Below are positions 1 through 8,312 of a DNA stretch of 32,000 nt, in pieces. The notes under the pieces are model-generated. The model was not told the origin of the DNA. It saw only the letters and a program-made list of their open reading frames with translations, and searched no databases. The DNA is taken from contig CP060262.1 of the NCBI GenBank assembly GCA_022646745.1, forward strand, positions 1,410,001 through 1,442,000, in the 5' to 3' direction. The translations under genes and the position numbers were made by a program. This DNA is from Planctomycetales bacterium. GTDB lineage: Bacteria > 4484-113 > JAFGCY01. How positions within the stretch are numbered: position 1 is the stretch's first letter; every line of letters starts with the position of its first letter.

Positions 1-922
1 TCACGTTGACCCGGCCACGGGCGCGCACCACATGCGCCTCGAGGTCGATGCTGACACCCGGTGCCGCACTGTCCGGCGCGGGTGGAGCGGACTGGCTGCC
101 GCCGGGCACCAGCGGGTCAAGCTCCCTGGCAACACTCTGCTCCAGGCTGCCGTCGTCCGGCTGCGGGCTGATCAGCATGTCGATCCCGCTGTACGCCAGC
201 CGCACCTCACCGGGCACATTGACAATCCCGGTGTTCATGTTGAACACGCAGCCTGAAGTCTGCAGCTGCAGCGGCTCAGCCATTCCCTTCTGCCTGTAAC
301 TGCCGGAGATGTGACCGGAGGCGGTCACGATACCGGCATTGCTGTCCAGGTGGATCCCGTCCGCACTGAGCCGCGTGCTGCCGTTGGCATCATCCATCGA
401 GAGGCTGGTGCGTCCACTGCCGGTCCAGGTCTGGCCGCCGTCGGTGCTTTCCACGCTGGCGGTGCTGATCACCACGCCGTGGCCCTCGAAGCGCACGTTG
501 CCATTCGCCTTCAGCCGGCGCACGCTGTCGGAGCGGAAGCGTGCCTTCGGCAGTTCGAGATCACGCGCGATCTGCCCGAGGTCCTCGCCCTCGGCGCGGT
601 TCTCCAGTTCCTCCGGCAGGCTCGGGATGCCCTCATCGGGCAGCTCCAGCTTGCCGTCGACCGGCAGCGCCTCGCCGACCAGCGTCAGTTCCAGCGCGTC
701 GGTGTACAGTACCAGCCCGCGCCCTTCGATGCGAACCCCGCCGGAGAAGCGCATCAGGGTCAGTTCCTCCATCGGCGTGATCGTCAGGCCGTTGGCGTAG
801 ACCTGGTAGCTGCGCATCATCGGCGCCGGTTCCTGCGGTGCGGGAGCACTGTCCTGGGCCCTTGCCTGCATGAGCGCCGCCGCCAGCAGCAGCACTGCCA
901 TGCCCATCCTGACTGCCATCAT
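1..922 (-). CDS. secreted protein, N-terminal ~307 codons only (3' end runs off the left edge); possibly OstA/LptA-like beta-strand repeat protein
   Basis: Hand translation of the minus strand from ATG at 920-922 stays open to position 1: MMAVRMGMAVLLLAAALMQARAQDSAPAPQEP...ANGNVRFEGHGVVIS...ASGHISGSY. It is missing from the ORF track because no stop lies in the window. It has an N-terminal signal peptide and starts 2 nt after the dnaG stop. The OstA/LptA resemblance is only a by-eye impression. Confidence 0.55.
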   Translation of the reverse strand, partial: MMAVRMGMAVLLLAAALMQARAQDSAPAPQEPAPMMRSYQVYANGLTITPMEELTLMRFSGGVRIEGRGLVLYTDALELTLVGEALPVDGKLELPDEGIPSLPEELENRAEGEDLGQIARDLELPKARFRSDSVRRLKANGNVRFEGHGVVISTASVESTDGGQTWTGSGRTSLSMDDANGSTRLSADGIHLDSNAGIVTASGHISGSYRQKGMAEPLQLQTSGCVFNMNTGIVNVPGEVRLAYSGIDMLISPQPDDGSLEQSVARELDPLVPGGSQSAPPAPDSAAPGVSIDLEAHVVRARGRVNV

Positions 923-924
923 TC

Positions 925-2814
925 TCAATTCATACCTCCGATGCCCTGCACCGGCCTGATCTGCTTCTTTGTGTCAAGCAGCTCGATTGTCAGCTGCTGC
1001 ACCCGCTCATGGTTGCCACGCTGCTCCTCCTGCTTCATCTCACGCAGCAGCTCGGCCACGCGCCGCTCGAGGAAGATGTTGCAGTGCCGGCGGATCAGCA
1101 TGTCCGCGCTGGACTCCTGTTCCTCCTCCTGCGGCCGGCTGAGCAGCTCAGCGAAGAAGCGCCGCCAGCGGTCGTCATGCACCACCCGGTCCGGCTTCTC
1201 CTGCTCGAGCAGCAGTGCATTGTAGATCTCGCGGTGCAGCCCGTTCACGAACCATTCCGGCTGGGCGATGCGCAGGTAGATGAAGCGGAACTCGTCATCC
1301 GTTGCCAGCCTGCGCAGCACCTCGCGCTCGACGGGCTGGCTGCCCTGCATCGCGGCGCGGTTGCGGGCATCCTCCACCAGCGCGCGGCGGTGCAGCTGCT
1401 CGCTCTCCTCCACGTCCTCGGTCCAGCCGGGACGGATGTTCACGAGCCCCTTGCGCCGCTCCTCGCGCTGCAGCTTGCGGTAGCGGTCCTGTGCCAGGCG
1501 CTGCTTGTCAATCGCGCGCCCCGCCTGCCGCGGCTGGACGTTGCCACTGAGCAGCTGGCTGACGATCTCCGGGCGCAGCAGCAGGTGGTCCGCCAGCTGG
1601 CGGCGAATGTCCTCGCGCAGCAGCTCGTCCGAGATGCCCATGTACAGCGGCCGCAGCTCAGCGATCCAGGCCCGCCTGAGCGGCAGGTCCGCATCCGGGT
1701 GCGCGGCCAGCTGGTGCTCCAGCCAGAACTGCACCACGCCGCGTGACTCGCTCAGCAGGCCCTTCCAGGCTGCGTTGCCACGTTCGCGCACGAAGTCATC
1801 GGGATCCATCCCGCCCGGGATCACCACCACCCGCGCGTCGATCCCCTCGCCGAGGAACAGCTTGCCGGCTTTCCAGGCCGCGCTGCGCCCGGCGTTGTCA
1901 CCGTCGAAGGCGAGGTAGACGCGTTCGGTGTAGCTGCGGATCTGGGCTACATGCTCCGGGGTCAGCGCCGTGCCGCAGGTCGCCACCGCATTGGCAACGC
2001 CATGCTGGGCCAGGCCGATCACGTCCATGTAGCCCTCGGTGACCACGATGCCCTCGTCACGCGCCACGCTGCGCGCACGGTTGAGGTTGTACAGCACCTT
2101 GCTCTTCTCGTAGAGCGGGGTGGCACCGGTGTTCAGGTATTTCGGGTTGTCCTCGTCGCTCAGCGCACGGCCGCCGAAGCCCACCACGTTGCGTCCCATC
2201 ACGTCGTGGATCGGGAAGATCAGGCGGTGGCGGAAGAAGTCGTAGTAGCCGCCGCCCTGGCTGCGGGGGCGCGCGAGGCTGATCGCATCCAGCTCGGAGC
2301 TCTTGACGTTCTTGGCCAGCAGCAGGTCGGTCAGCGAACTCCACTCCTTCGGCGCATAGCCCAGCTCGAACTGCATCGCCACCTCCGGGTCGATGCCGCG
2401 CTTCTTCAGGTAGCTGCGCGCCAGCTCGCCATCGGGTGACTGCAGCTTGCCGGCGTAGTACTTCTGCGCCGCCTGGTTCAGTTCCTGCATGCGCTGCTTC
2501 GCGCTCTTCTCCCGCTTCTGCCCCGGGTTGTACTGCGGGATCTCGATGCCGTAGCGCCCGGCGAGGAATTCCATCGCGGGGTAGAACTCGAGGTTCTCGC
2601 GCGCCATCACGAAGTCGATCACATTCCCGCCGGCCTTGCAGCCGAAGCAGTGGTACATCCGCTTGGCCGGCACCACGTTGAAGCTCGGCGTCTTCTCATT
2701 GTGGAAGGGGCAGCAGGCCTTGAACTCGTTGTTGCCCGAGCGCACGAGCGTGACATACTGGCCGATCAGCTCGGCGATGTTCACGCGCTCGAGGATTGTT
2801 TCCTTCAGGTCCAT
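925..2814 (-). CDS. dnaG: DNA primase DnaG
   Basis: CHC2 zinc ribbon CCPFHNEKTPSFNV...CFGC, TOPRIM motifs EGYMDVI and DGDNAG. I trimmed the track ORF (925..2898) to the internal ATG at 2814 (MDLKETILERVNIAELIGQYV), the usual primase N-terminus. Confidence 0.95.
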   Translation of the reverse strand: MDLKETILERVNIAELIGQYVTLVRSGNNEFKACCPFHNEKTPSFNVVPAKRMYHCFGCKAGGNVIDFVMARENLEFYPAMEFLAGRYGIEIPQYNPGQKREKSAKQRMQELNQAAQKYYAGKLQSPDGELARSYLKKRGIDPEVAMQFELGYAPKEWSSLTDLLLAKNVKSSELDAISLARPRSQGGGYYDFFRHRLIFPIHDVMGRNVVGFGGRALSDEDNPKYLNTGATPLYEKSKVLYNLNRARSVARDEGIVVTEGYMDVIGLAQHGVANAVATCGTALTPEHVAQIRSYTERVYLAFDGDNAGRSAAWKAGKLFLGEGIDARVVVIPGGMDPDDFVRERGNAAWKGLLSESRGVVQFWLEHQLAAHPDADLPLRRAWIAELRPLYMGISDELLREDIRRQLADHLLLRPEIVSQLLSGNVQPRQAGRAIDKQRLAQDRYRKLQREERRKGLVNIRPGWTEDVEESEQLHRRALVEDARNRAAMQGSQPVEREVLRRLATDDEFRFIYLRIAQPEWFVNGLHREIYNALLLEQEKPDRVVHDDRWRRFFAELLSRPQEEEQESSADMLIRRHCNIFLERRVAELLREMKQEEQRGNHERVQQLTIELLDTKKQIRPVQGIGGMN

Positions 2815-2910
2815 CCGCTCAACTAATAATACCGACTGCGGCATGCTAGCAGTGCAGTCTTGGCCGGCCTGGCAATCGGCTATGCTATTTCCCGGCACCG
2901 GAGGAAGGCG

Positions 2911-3576
2911 ATGAGCAAGCAGTCACTGGCACAGAAACTTGAGGAGCTCGTGCGCAATTCGCAGATCAACGAGCAGCAGCTGGACATCCTGCTGGCCGGT
3001 TTCAGGCGCCTGTCCGGCAGCGGCCTGCTTGAGACCGCCCTGCGCGAGGGCGCCCAGGCACCGGACTTCCGCCTGGAGGACACCAATGGGAACTTTCAGG
3101 AACTGAATGCCTGGCTGGAGCATGGCCCGGTGCTCCTGCAGTTCTTCCGCGGCGACTGGTGCCCCTTCTGCCAGGCCCAGCTCAGGGAGCTGACCGCGCA
3201 GAAGGAGCAGATCACCGCACTTGGTACGAGCATCCTCTGCGTCAGTCCTGAGAGCCCGGACAGGCACCGCGCGATGATGGAGAAGCATGGCATCGAGCTG
3301 ATGCTCCTGAGTGACCCGGGCGGGGCGGTTGCCAACCGCTACGGCATCGCCTATGACCTGAACGCCGCGGAAAGCGAGCTGTACGGCGAGCTGGGAATCG
3401 AGCTGACCCGGAAGGCGGACAGCGGTTCTGATTTCCTGCCGATCCCGGCCAGCTACATCGTGCTGCCCGGTGGCCGGATCAGCTACAGCTACATCGATCC
3501 GGACTGGCGCAAGCGCTCGGAACCAGCCGACCTGCTCGGCCGGCTGCAGGCGCTCGCAGCGGGAGGCCAGGGCTGA
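2911..3576 (+). CDS. AhpC/TSA-family thioredoxin-fold protein (peroxiredoxin-like, CxxC type)
   Basis: FFRGDWCPFCQAQLREL thioredoxin-fold CPFC motif. ATG at 2911 is preceded by GGAGGAAGG (2900-2908). Divergent from dnaG. Confidence 0.8.
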   Translation: MSKQSLAQKLEELVRNSQINEQQLDILLAGFRRLSGSGLLETALREGAQAPDFRLEDTNGNFQELNAWLEHGPVLLQFFRGDWCPFCQAQLRELTAQKEQITALGTSILCVSPESPDRHRAMMEKHGIELMLLSDPGGAVANRYGIAYDLNAAESELYGELGIELTRKADSGSDFLPIPASYIVLPGGRISYSYIDPDWRKRSEPADLLGRLQALAAGGQG

Positions 3577-3584
3577 TCAGGCCC

Positions 3585-3607
3585 CTGCAGGATCATGGAT
3601 CCTGCGG
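3585..3607 (+). terminator. 10 bp stem hairpin after the peroxiredoxin-like gene (no clear U tract)
   Basis: ctgcaggatc-atg-gatcctgcgg, 9 nt downstream of the TGA at 3574-3576. The lack of a T run lowers confidence. Confidence 0.3.
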
Positions 3608-3772
3608 TATCACTTACTGAGGAAAAGCCATACGAGTCCGCATCAACCTCCACGGTGCGGACGCAGGCGGGAACGGGAAATACCTGGTTCAGGCGGTCCG
3701 GTTGACGGATCGCCTGTTTGTTATGTGAGGGTGTAGGATCTGGGTTGTCGGGAGTAGCGAATCAATTGATTG

Positions 3773-3886
3773 CTACTGAATGATGTTCACCAGATTGAAG
3801 ATTGGTGGATTGAACCAGAACCATACAATTGCTGCAACGGCAAAAACAACCAGTCCTAATACCAACCAGTTCGATTTCCTTTTCAT
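3773..3886 (-). CDS. candidate 37 aa hydrophobic small membrane peptide
   Basis: Hand translation: MKRKSNWLVLGLVVFAVAAIVWFWFNPPIFNLVNIIQ*. Basic N-terminus plus one TM-length hydrophobic stretch. GGAAGG lies 7 nt upstream of the ATG. It sits in a locally AT-rich gap, in a different frame from the 97 aa track ORF 3762..4055. A near-palindrome gtagcgaatcaattgattgctac overlaps its stop. Confidence 0.3.
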   Translation of the reverse strand: MKRKSNWLVLGLVVFAVAAIVWFWFNPPIFNLVNIIQ

Positions 3887-3987
3887 TCGTGTACCTTCCG
3901 CTCCCCTCTTGACTCGGCCCTTCTTGTCTCGCCAGGCTTACAGCCTGGCCTCCCCTACACCCTACAACGGAGCTCCTAATTCCACGG

Positions 3988-4719
3988 TCAGTGGCAGGGT
4001 CCGCCGCGCAGGTCGATCTCGCTGATCGCCGCATCGGCATACTTTTTCCCGTCACGCACGCCGATGATCTCCAGCGTGATCACGGGGTCATATTCACCGC
4101 TGAGGTACAGTGGTGGGAAGCTGACTTCCTGGATGTCCATGCTGTCCTGCAGGTCCACAACGCAGGCCGGCACACCGTTGAGTGAGACCTTCAGCATCAG
4201 CGGGCAGGCGTTTGCCAGGTGCAGGGCCTGGCTCTTGGCATAGCCGGTCACGATCTCCAGCCCGTTGACATACTGCTGCTGATAGGAACCACCATCCATG
4301 TTCTCCCCGCCATGCGTGCGGAAGGTGAATTCCAGCGACTGTCCGACGCCGTTCCCTTCCACACCCTCCACCCAGGCGGTGGTGTAGTCAAAGTCCATGC
4401 ACTGGTCCGCATCGTACTTCAGGCCGGCACTGTCCTCCAGGCTGGATGAGGCATACAGGTCGATCACCGGGGCGCAGCAGTTCACATAGCTGCACCAGCC
4501 CTCCCGCTCGCGGAATTCCTCAAGCGGCGGCAGCTGCTCCATGATCTTCGCCGAGTACAGCGGCAGGCCGTCATGCTCACCGGATGCGAATGCTGCAGCG
4601 GCATTGTTCAGCCATTCACGTGCCTCGGCGGCATTGGCCTCCTCGTCTATCTCATCCGCCAGAGCGGATGTGAAGCACAGCACTAGCATTGCCATAATCA
4701 GGGCGGTGGTGTATCGCAT
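3988..4719 (-). CDS. secreted protein with discoidin-like / NADase-type glycan-binding-like C-terminal domain
   Basis: Signal peptide MRYTTALIMAMLVLCFTSALA. C-terminal half shows TAWVEGVEGNGVGQSLEFTF...IVTGYAKSQ...GKKYADAAISEIDLRG, a pattern I associate with that glycan-binding beta-sandwich family (recalled, not searched). Confidence 0.7.
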   Translation of the reverse strand: MRYTTALIMAMLVLCFTSALADEIDEEANAAEAREWLNNAAAAFASGEHDGLPLYSAKIMEQLPPLEEFREREGWCSYVNCCAPVIDLYASSSLEDSAGLKYDADQCMDFDYTTAWVEGVEGNGVGQSLEFTFRTHGGENMDGGSYQQQYVNGLEIVTGYAKSQALHLANACPLMLKVSLNGVPACVVDLQDSMDIQEVSFPPLYLSGEYDPVITLEIIGVRDGKKYADAAISEIDLRGGPCH

Positions 4720-4841
4720 GCCTGCATTATCGCACCCGCATCCAGCAACCGGGCAGGGCTGCCCGCGCGGGCTCCGATGGTAGAATCTGTCCGCCGCAGC
4801 CCATCCAGAGGCTGTTAATGTCCGTCAGGAGGAAGTCAGGA

Positions 4842-5381
4842 ATGAGTGCAGAAGCACCAGCCTATGCAGGCGTTCCGCTCGTGGGCAACCCTGCCCCCGA
4901 GTGGAAGGCGACCGGTTATCTGAATGGTGAATTCAAGGAGTACTCCAGCGAGGCACTGAAGGGCAAGTGGTACATGCTGTTCTTCTACCCGCTGGACTTT
5001 ACCCCGCTTTGAAGCACGGAAATGCCCGCAGTTGGCGAGGCAGCATCTGAATTCAGCGGGATGGGCTGCGAGGTGTTCGGCGTGAGCATCGACAGCCAGT
5101 TCAGCCACCAGGCCTGGGTCGAGAAGGACCTCGGCGGCCTGAACTACCCGCTGCTGGCGGACATGGGCCATCGCATGAGCCGCTCCTACGGTGTGCTGGC
5201 GGCAGCCGGAATTGCCCTGCGTGGCGTGTTCTTCGTTGACCCGAAGGGCATCGTGCAGTTTGCCAGCATCTACAACCTGCAGGTCGGACGCAATACCGAG
5301 GAACTGATCAGGACACTCGCCGCCCTGCAGGCTGGTGGTGCCTGCCCGATCAACTGGAAACGGGGAGACAAGACCCTGTAG
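4842..5381 (+). CDS. 2-Cys peroxiredoxin (AhpC/Prx1 type) with in-frame TGA (5010-5012) at the peroxidatic Cys position; probable selenocysteine peroxiredoxin
   Basis: Track ORFs 4818..5012 and 5022..5381 are in the same frame (5022-4818=204). The joined product reads ...KGKWYMLFFYPLDFTPL[TGA]STEMPAVG...GVSIDSQFSHQAW...ALRGVFFVDPKG...GGACPINWKRGDKTL. This aligns with the canonical FYPxDFTFVCPTE, with TGA exactly on the catalytic Cys. The resolving Cys motif (CPxNWxxG) is intact. AGGAGG (4827-4832) lies 9 nt before ATG 4842; the alternative start is ATG 4818. Confidence 0.8.
5023..5042 (+). promoter_or_regulatory. candidate bacterial SECIS hairpin
   Basis: Starts 10 nt after the TGA. Pairs are t5023-a5042, g-c, c-g, c-g, then bulged a5038, then c5027-g5037, g-c, c-g, with apical loop AGUUG (5030-5034). 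Spacing, a bulge and a G/U-containing apical loop are the hallmarks of bacterial SECIS elements such as the one in fdhF. Confidence 0.55.
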
Positions 5382-5413
5382 CTTGCTGACCTGATTCTCA
5401 CGATTATGAAAGC

Positions 5414-5442
5414 AAAGGGAAGGCCATGGCCTTCCCTTTTTT
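5414..5442. terminator. bidirectional rho-independent terminator between the convergent prx and the secreted-protein gene
   Basis: aaagggaaggcc-at-ggccttcccttt perfect palindrome followed by a T run (tttttt) on the plus strand and an A run on the other side. Confidence 0.7.
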
Positions 5443-5472
5443 GTTGCCAGATTTATTGCCAGCTGTCCTTGC

Positions 5473-7116
5473 CTACTCCGCCCGGTACAACCAGGCGATC
5501 GGCCAGACCTCGCCAAGCACTATCTCATCGCCGCTGTTGAGGATCGTGAACACCCCGGGGCCCATCACCACCTGGTCCTCGGAGTCGAACACGGTCCAGG
5601 TCAGGTCGAGGCCTTCCGGCGAGGGGATCTCCGTTGGCAGCCAGTCCACCACGAATTCATACTCACCCAGCTCAGCCAGTTCGGTGAAGCCGATCCATTC
5701 CGTTGATGTACCGGCGGTGCTGCTGTCGTCACTGAATGTCAGCTGCCCGGCCAGGTCATCCGTCCAGCCCGGGCCGGCATAGAGGTATGAGGGGGACTCA
5801 ACCCACAGGTCGATGTTCTGCTCCACGTCGTCCCAGTCCACCTGCAGCCGGTAGCCGGGTTGCCAGCCGCCTGCCTGCGGCCAGCTGGCCGGGTCCTGGC
5901 GCAGGTAGAGGTAGTCAAAGGCGCCGTTGAAGCCCGGGGTGACGTTGCCAAGTGACTGCTTCAGCGCTCCCTCCGAGTCATACAGCCTAAGGGCATATGT
6001 CTGGCCCGGGGCGTTGTGCAGCTCCAGCAGGAAGCCGCCGGAGTTGGCATCCACGAGTGTCGCACTCTCCAATGCCACGCCGCTGACCGCGCTGTCCTCG
6101 CTGAACTGCACCATGCCGGCCATGCCCTCCGGTGACTCCGGGAAGCCCTCCGTGTTGTCAGGTCCCAGCAGCACGAGGGTGCTGTCCGCCAGCGGGTCCT
6201 GCCAGCTCACTTCGAAGCGGTCACCCGGCACCCAGTCGAAGATGAAGTCCTCAAAGCGCTCGCTGAAGGATGCGCCGAGGAAGTTGGTGTTTGTTGTCAC
6301 GTTGCCGGCACTGTCCCGGGCCCGTACGCCGTAGTCAAAGGATTCGGTGCTTTCCTCAGGCACGATCACATGCGTGTCAAGGAAGCCGGCCGGCACCACC
6401 TGCTGCGGGTTGTCCCAGTCAATCCCTTCACTGCTCAATGCCTGGTAGACCAGGTATTCCACCGGACCGCTTTCACTGTCAGTCGCCTCATGCCAGCTCA
6501 GTTCAACCCACAGGTGGCTGGCATCCACACTGATGATCCCCTCACCATCAGTCCAGGCCGGCGGGGTGACATCCGTGTCCGGCACACCGTAGTTGAGGGT
6601 CAGCCCGACCTGCCCGCTGGCATCCAGCGGTGCGATCACGGCGAAGTAGATGGAACCACCCGAATTGGTGTAGTCCCCCTCCGGCAGGGCCAGCAGCGCT
6701 TCTTCGGTCAGGTTGCTGCCGATGTACTTCCAGCGCCCGTTGCCATAATCACTGACCGCCACGTGCAGGCCGCTCAGCGTCCCACTCAGTGCGATCGATG
6801 CAGCCGGCTCGTCATCAATGTCCACGCCGACGATGCTCCAGGCGAAGGATGGGCCGTCCAGGCTGAGCACACTGCCTTCCCATGTGCAGTTCAGGGAAGC
6901 CGCCTGGTCAGCCTCGGTGAACACATGCTGCATCAGCGCTGAGGTCCCGCGCGGGGCTTCCCCGGCAGGCAGTCCGGGCAGCTGCTGCGCCATGCTTGCC
7001 GCAGGCTGGTGCAGGGGCATCGCGCTGTCCTGGGCGCAGCTGCCGGCGCACAGGGCGATGGCAAGCACGCAGATGATGGCAGGGCTGAGTTTCGCTGGCA
7101 GGCGGGTCAGTCGCAT
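5473..7116 (-). CDS. secreted (possibly lipo-) protein with fibronectin type III-like segment, function unknown
   Basis: Trimmed to ATG 7116 (MRLTRLPAKLSPAIICVLAIALCAGSCAQ, signal peptide with a possible lipobox; GAGGA 8 nt upstream). FN3-like segment: PPAWTDGEGIISVDASHLWVELSWHEATDSESGPVEYLVY. Confidence 0.75.
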   Translation of the reverse strand: MRLTRLPAKLSPAIICVLAIALCAGSCAQDSAMPLHQPAASMAQQLPGLPAGEAPRGTSALMQHVFTEADQAASLNCTWEGSVLSLDGPSFAWSIVGVDIDDEPAASIALSGTLSGLHVAVSDYGNGRWKYIGSNLTEEALLALPEGDYTNSGGSIYFAVIAPLDASGQVGLTLNYGVPDTDVTPPAWTDGEGIISVDASHLWVELSWHEATDSESGPVEYLVYQALSSEGIDWDNPQQVVPAGFLDTHVIVPEESTESFDYGVRARDSAGNVTTNTNFLGASFSERFEDFIFDWVPGDRFEVSWQDPLADSTLVLLGPDNTEGFPESPEGMAGMVQFSEDSAVSGVALESATLVDANSGGFLLELHNAPGQTYALRLYDSEGALKQSLGNVTPGFNGAFDYLYLRQDPASWPQAGGWQPGYRLQVDWDDVEQNIDLWVESPSYLYAGPGWTDDLAGQLTFSDDSSTAGTSTEWIGFTELAELGEYEFVVDWLPTEIPSPEGLDLTWTVFDSEDQVVMGPGVFTILNSGDEIVLGEVWPIAWLYRAE

Positions 7117-7135
7117 TGCATGTTCCTCTGGGTTG

Positions 7136-7159
7136 AAAAAAAGTAGCCCGTCACCGGGC
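7136..7159 (-). terminator. weak candidate terminator downstream of htpX
   Basis: Minus strand reads gcccg-gtga-cgggc followed by tacttttttt. The stem is only 5 bp. Confidence 0.3.
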
Positions 7160-7266
7160 AAATTAACCGCCAGAATTCTAACGCCATTTCAGCCAGGCTT
7201 ACATGTCCCCCGGTCAGGACTGATAAAGGGTCATTTCCCGGCCTGGGCCTGCAGCATTCGTGGAGC

Positions 7267-8190
7267 CTACATTCGGTCCAGCGCGGCGATGCGGGCCTCG
7301 ATCGGCGGGTGCGTGGCGAACATCGCAGCCATCCCGCCACCGCTGAATTCCTTCTTCTGCGGATGGTCGATGAACAGCGCGCTGAGTTCCTGCTCCACCT
7401 CCGGCATCGGCTCTGCGGACTGGCTGATCTTCAGCAGTGCATTCTTCAGGCCTTCCGGGTTGCGCGTCAGCTTGACCGCGGTCGCGTCAGCGAGGAACTC
7501 GCGCTTGCGGGACAGCATCAGGTTCAGCAGGTTGGCGAAGATCGGGGCAAGGATCAGGAACACGATCCCAACCAGCGCGAAGATCCCGGCGCCGCCTCCA
7601 CCGCTGTCATTGTCCCGTCGCCGCCCGCCGCCGCCGTAGAACAGCACGCGGGTCATCACATGGCAGAACATCGCGATGCCGCCCACGAGGATCGCGGCCA
7701 CGCCCATCAGCATGATGTCGCGGTTGTAGATATGCGACATCTCATGCGCCAGCACGCCTTCCAGCTCCTGGCGGTCCAGGGTGTCCAGCAGGCCGGTGGT
7801 AACCGCTATCAGCGAGTGCTGCGGGTCGCGCCCGGTGGCGAAGGCATTCATCGCCGGGCTGTCAATCACATAGGCCCGCGGGATTGCCGGCAGGCCACAG
7901 GCCAGCACCAGGCCCTCGATGCTGTCAATCAGGAAGCGCTCGCGGTAGACGTTCGGATTGGCCGGCCGCGCGCCGACCATGCTTGTGATGATCGAATCGC
8001 TGTACCAGTAGCCGATGCCGGTGCCGAAGATGCTGAATACCAGGCAGCCGCTGAGGATCACATATGTCATCTCCGGTGAGTAGGCCTCACCGACGACATA
8101 GCCAAGCAGCATGATGAACAGCGTGAAGCCCAGCACGACCCAGAAGGTCTTGAGCTTGTTCGCCGCAATCTGTGCCTCGAATCCGTACAT
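7267..8190 (-). CDS. htpX: M48-family zinc metalloprotease HtpX
   Basis: HEMSHI (HExxH) motif, multiple TM segments, Gly/Arg-rich loop GGGGRRRDNDSGGGG, C-terminal FATHPPIEARIAAL. Trimmed from the track ORF to ATG 8190 (MYGFEAQIAANKLKTF). Confidence 0.9.
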   Translation of the reverse strand: MYGFEAQIAANKLKTFWVVLGFTLFIMLLGYVVGEAYSPEMTYVILSGCLVFSIFGTGIGYWYSDSIITSMVGARPANPNVYRERFLIDSIEGLVLACGLPAIPRAYVIDSPAMNAFATGRDPQHSLIAVTTGLLDTLDRQELEGVLAHEMSHIYNRDIMLMGVAAILVGGIAMFCHVMTRVLFYGGGGRRRDNDSGGGGAGIFALVGIVFLILAPIFANLLNLMLSRKREFLADATAVKLTRNPEGLKNALLKISQSAEPMPEVEQELSALFIDHPQKKEFSGGGMAAMFATHPPIEARIAALDRM

Positions 8191-8312
8191 TGGTCCCGAA
8201 TATGTTAGCCGCAGAACACTGCTGTTCCGGGCATTGGATGATGCCCTGTAAGACGCAATCTCCACCCCTGAGGTGTTCAACAGTTTGCCGTCCCGGACCG
8301 TCCGGAGATCCG

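Noticed and set aside
311-1225. Plus-strand ORFs covering 6..1225 (97-304 aa)
   Set aside because: They are Arg/Ala/Ser-rich, low-complexity translations antisense to a minus-strand gene with a clean signal peptide and to dnaG. This is the typical high-GC antisense artefact.
4818-5381. Peroxiredoxin as a simple nonsense-mutated pseudogene
   Set aside because: This remains possible, since TGC to TGA is one substitution. I judged it less likely for three reasons: the stop falls exactly on the redox-active Cys, the downstream 120 codons are intact in frame, and a SECIS-like hairpin sits at the expected distance.
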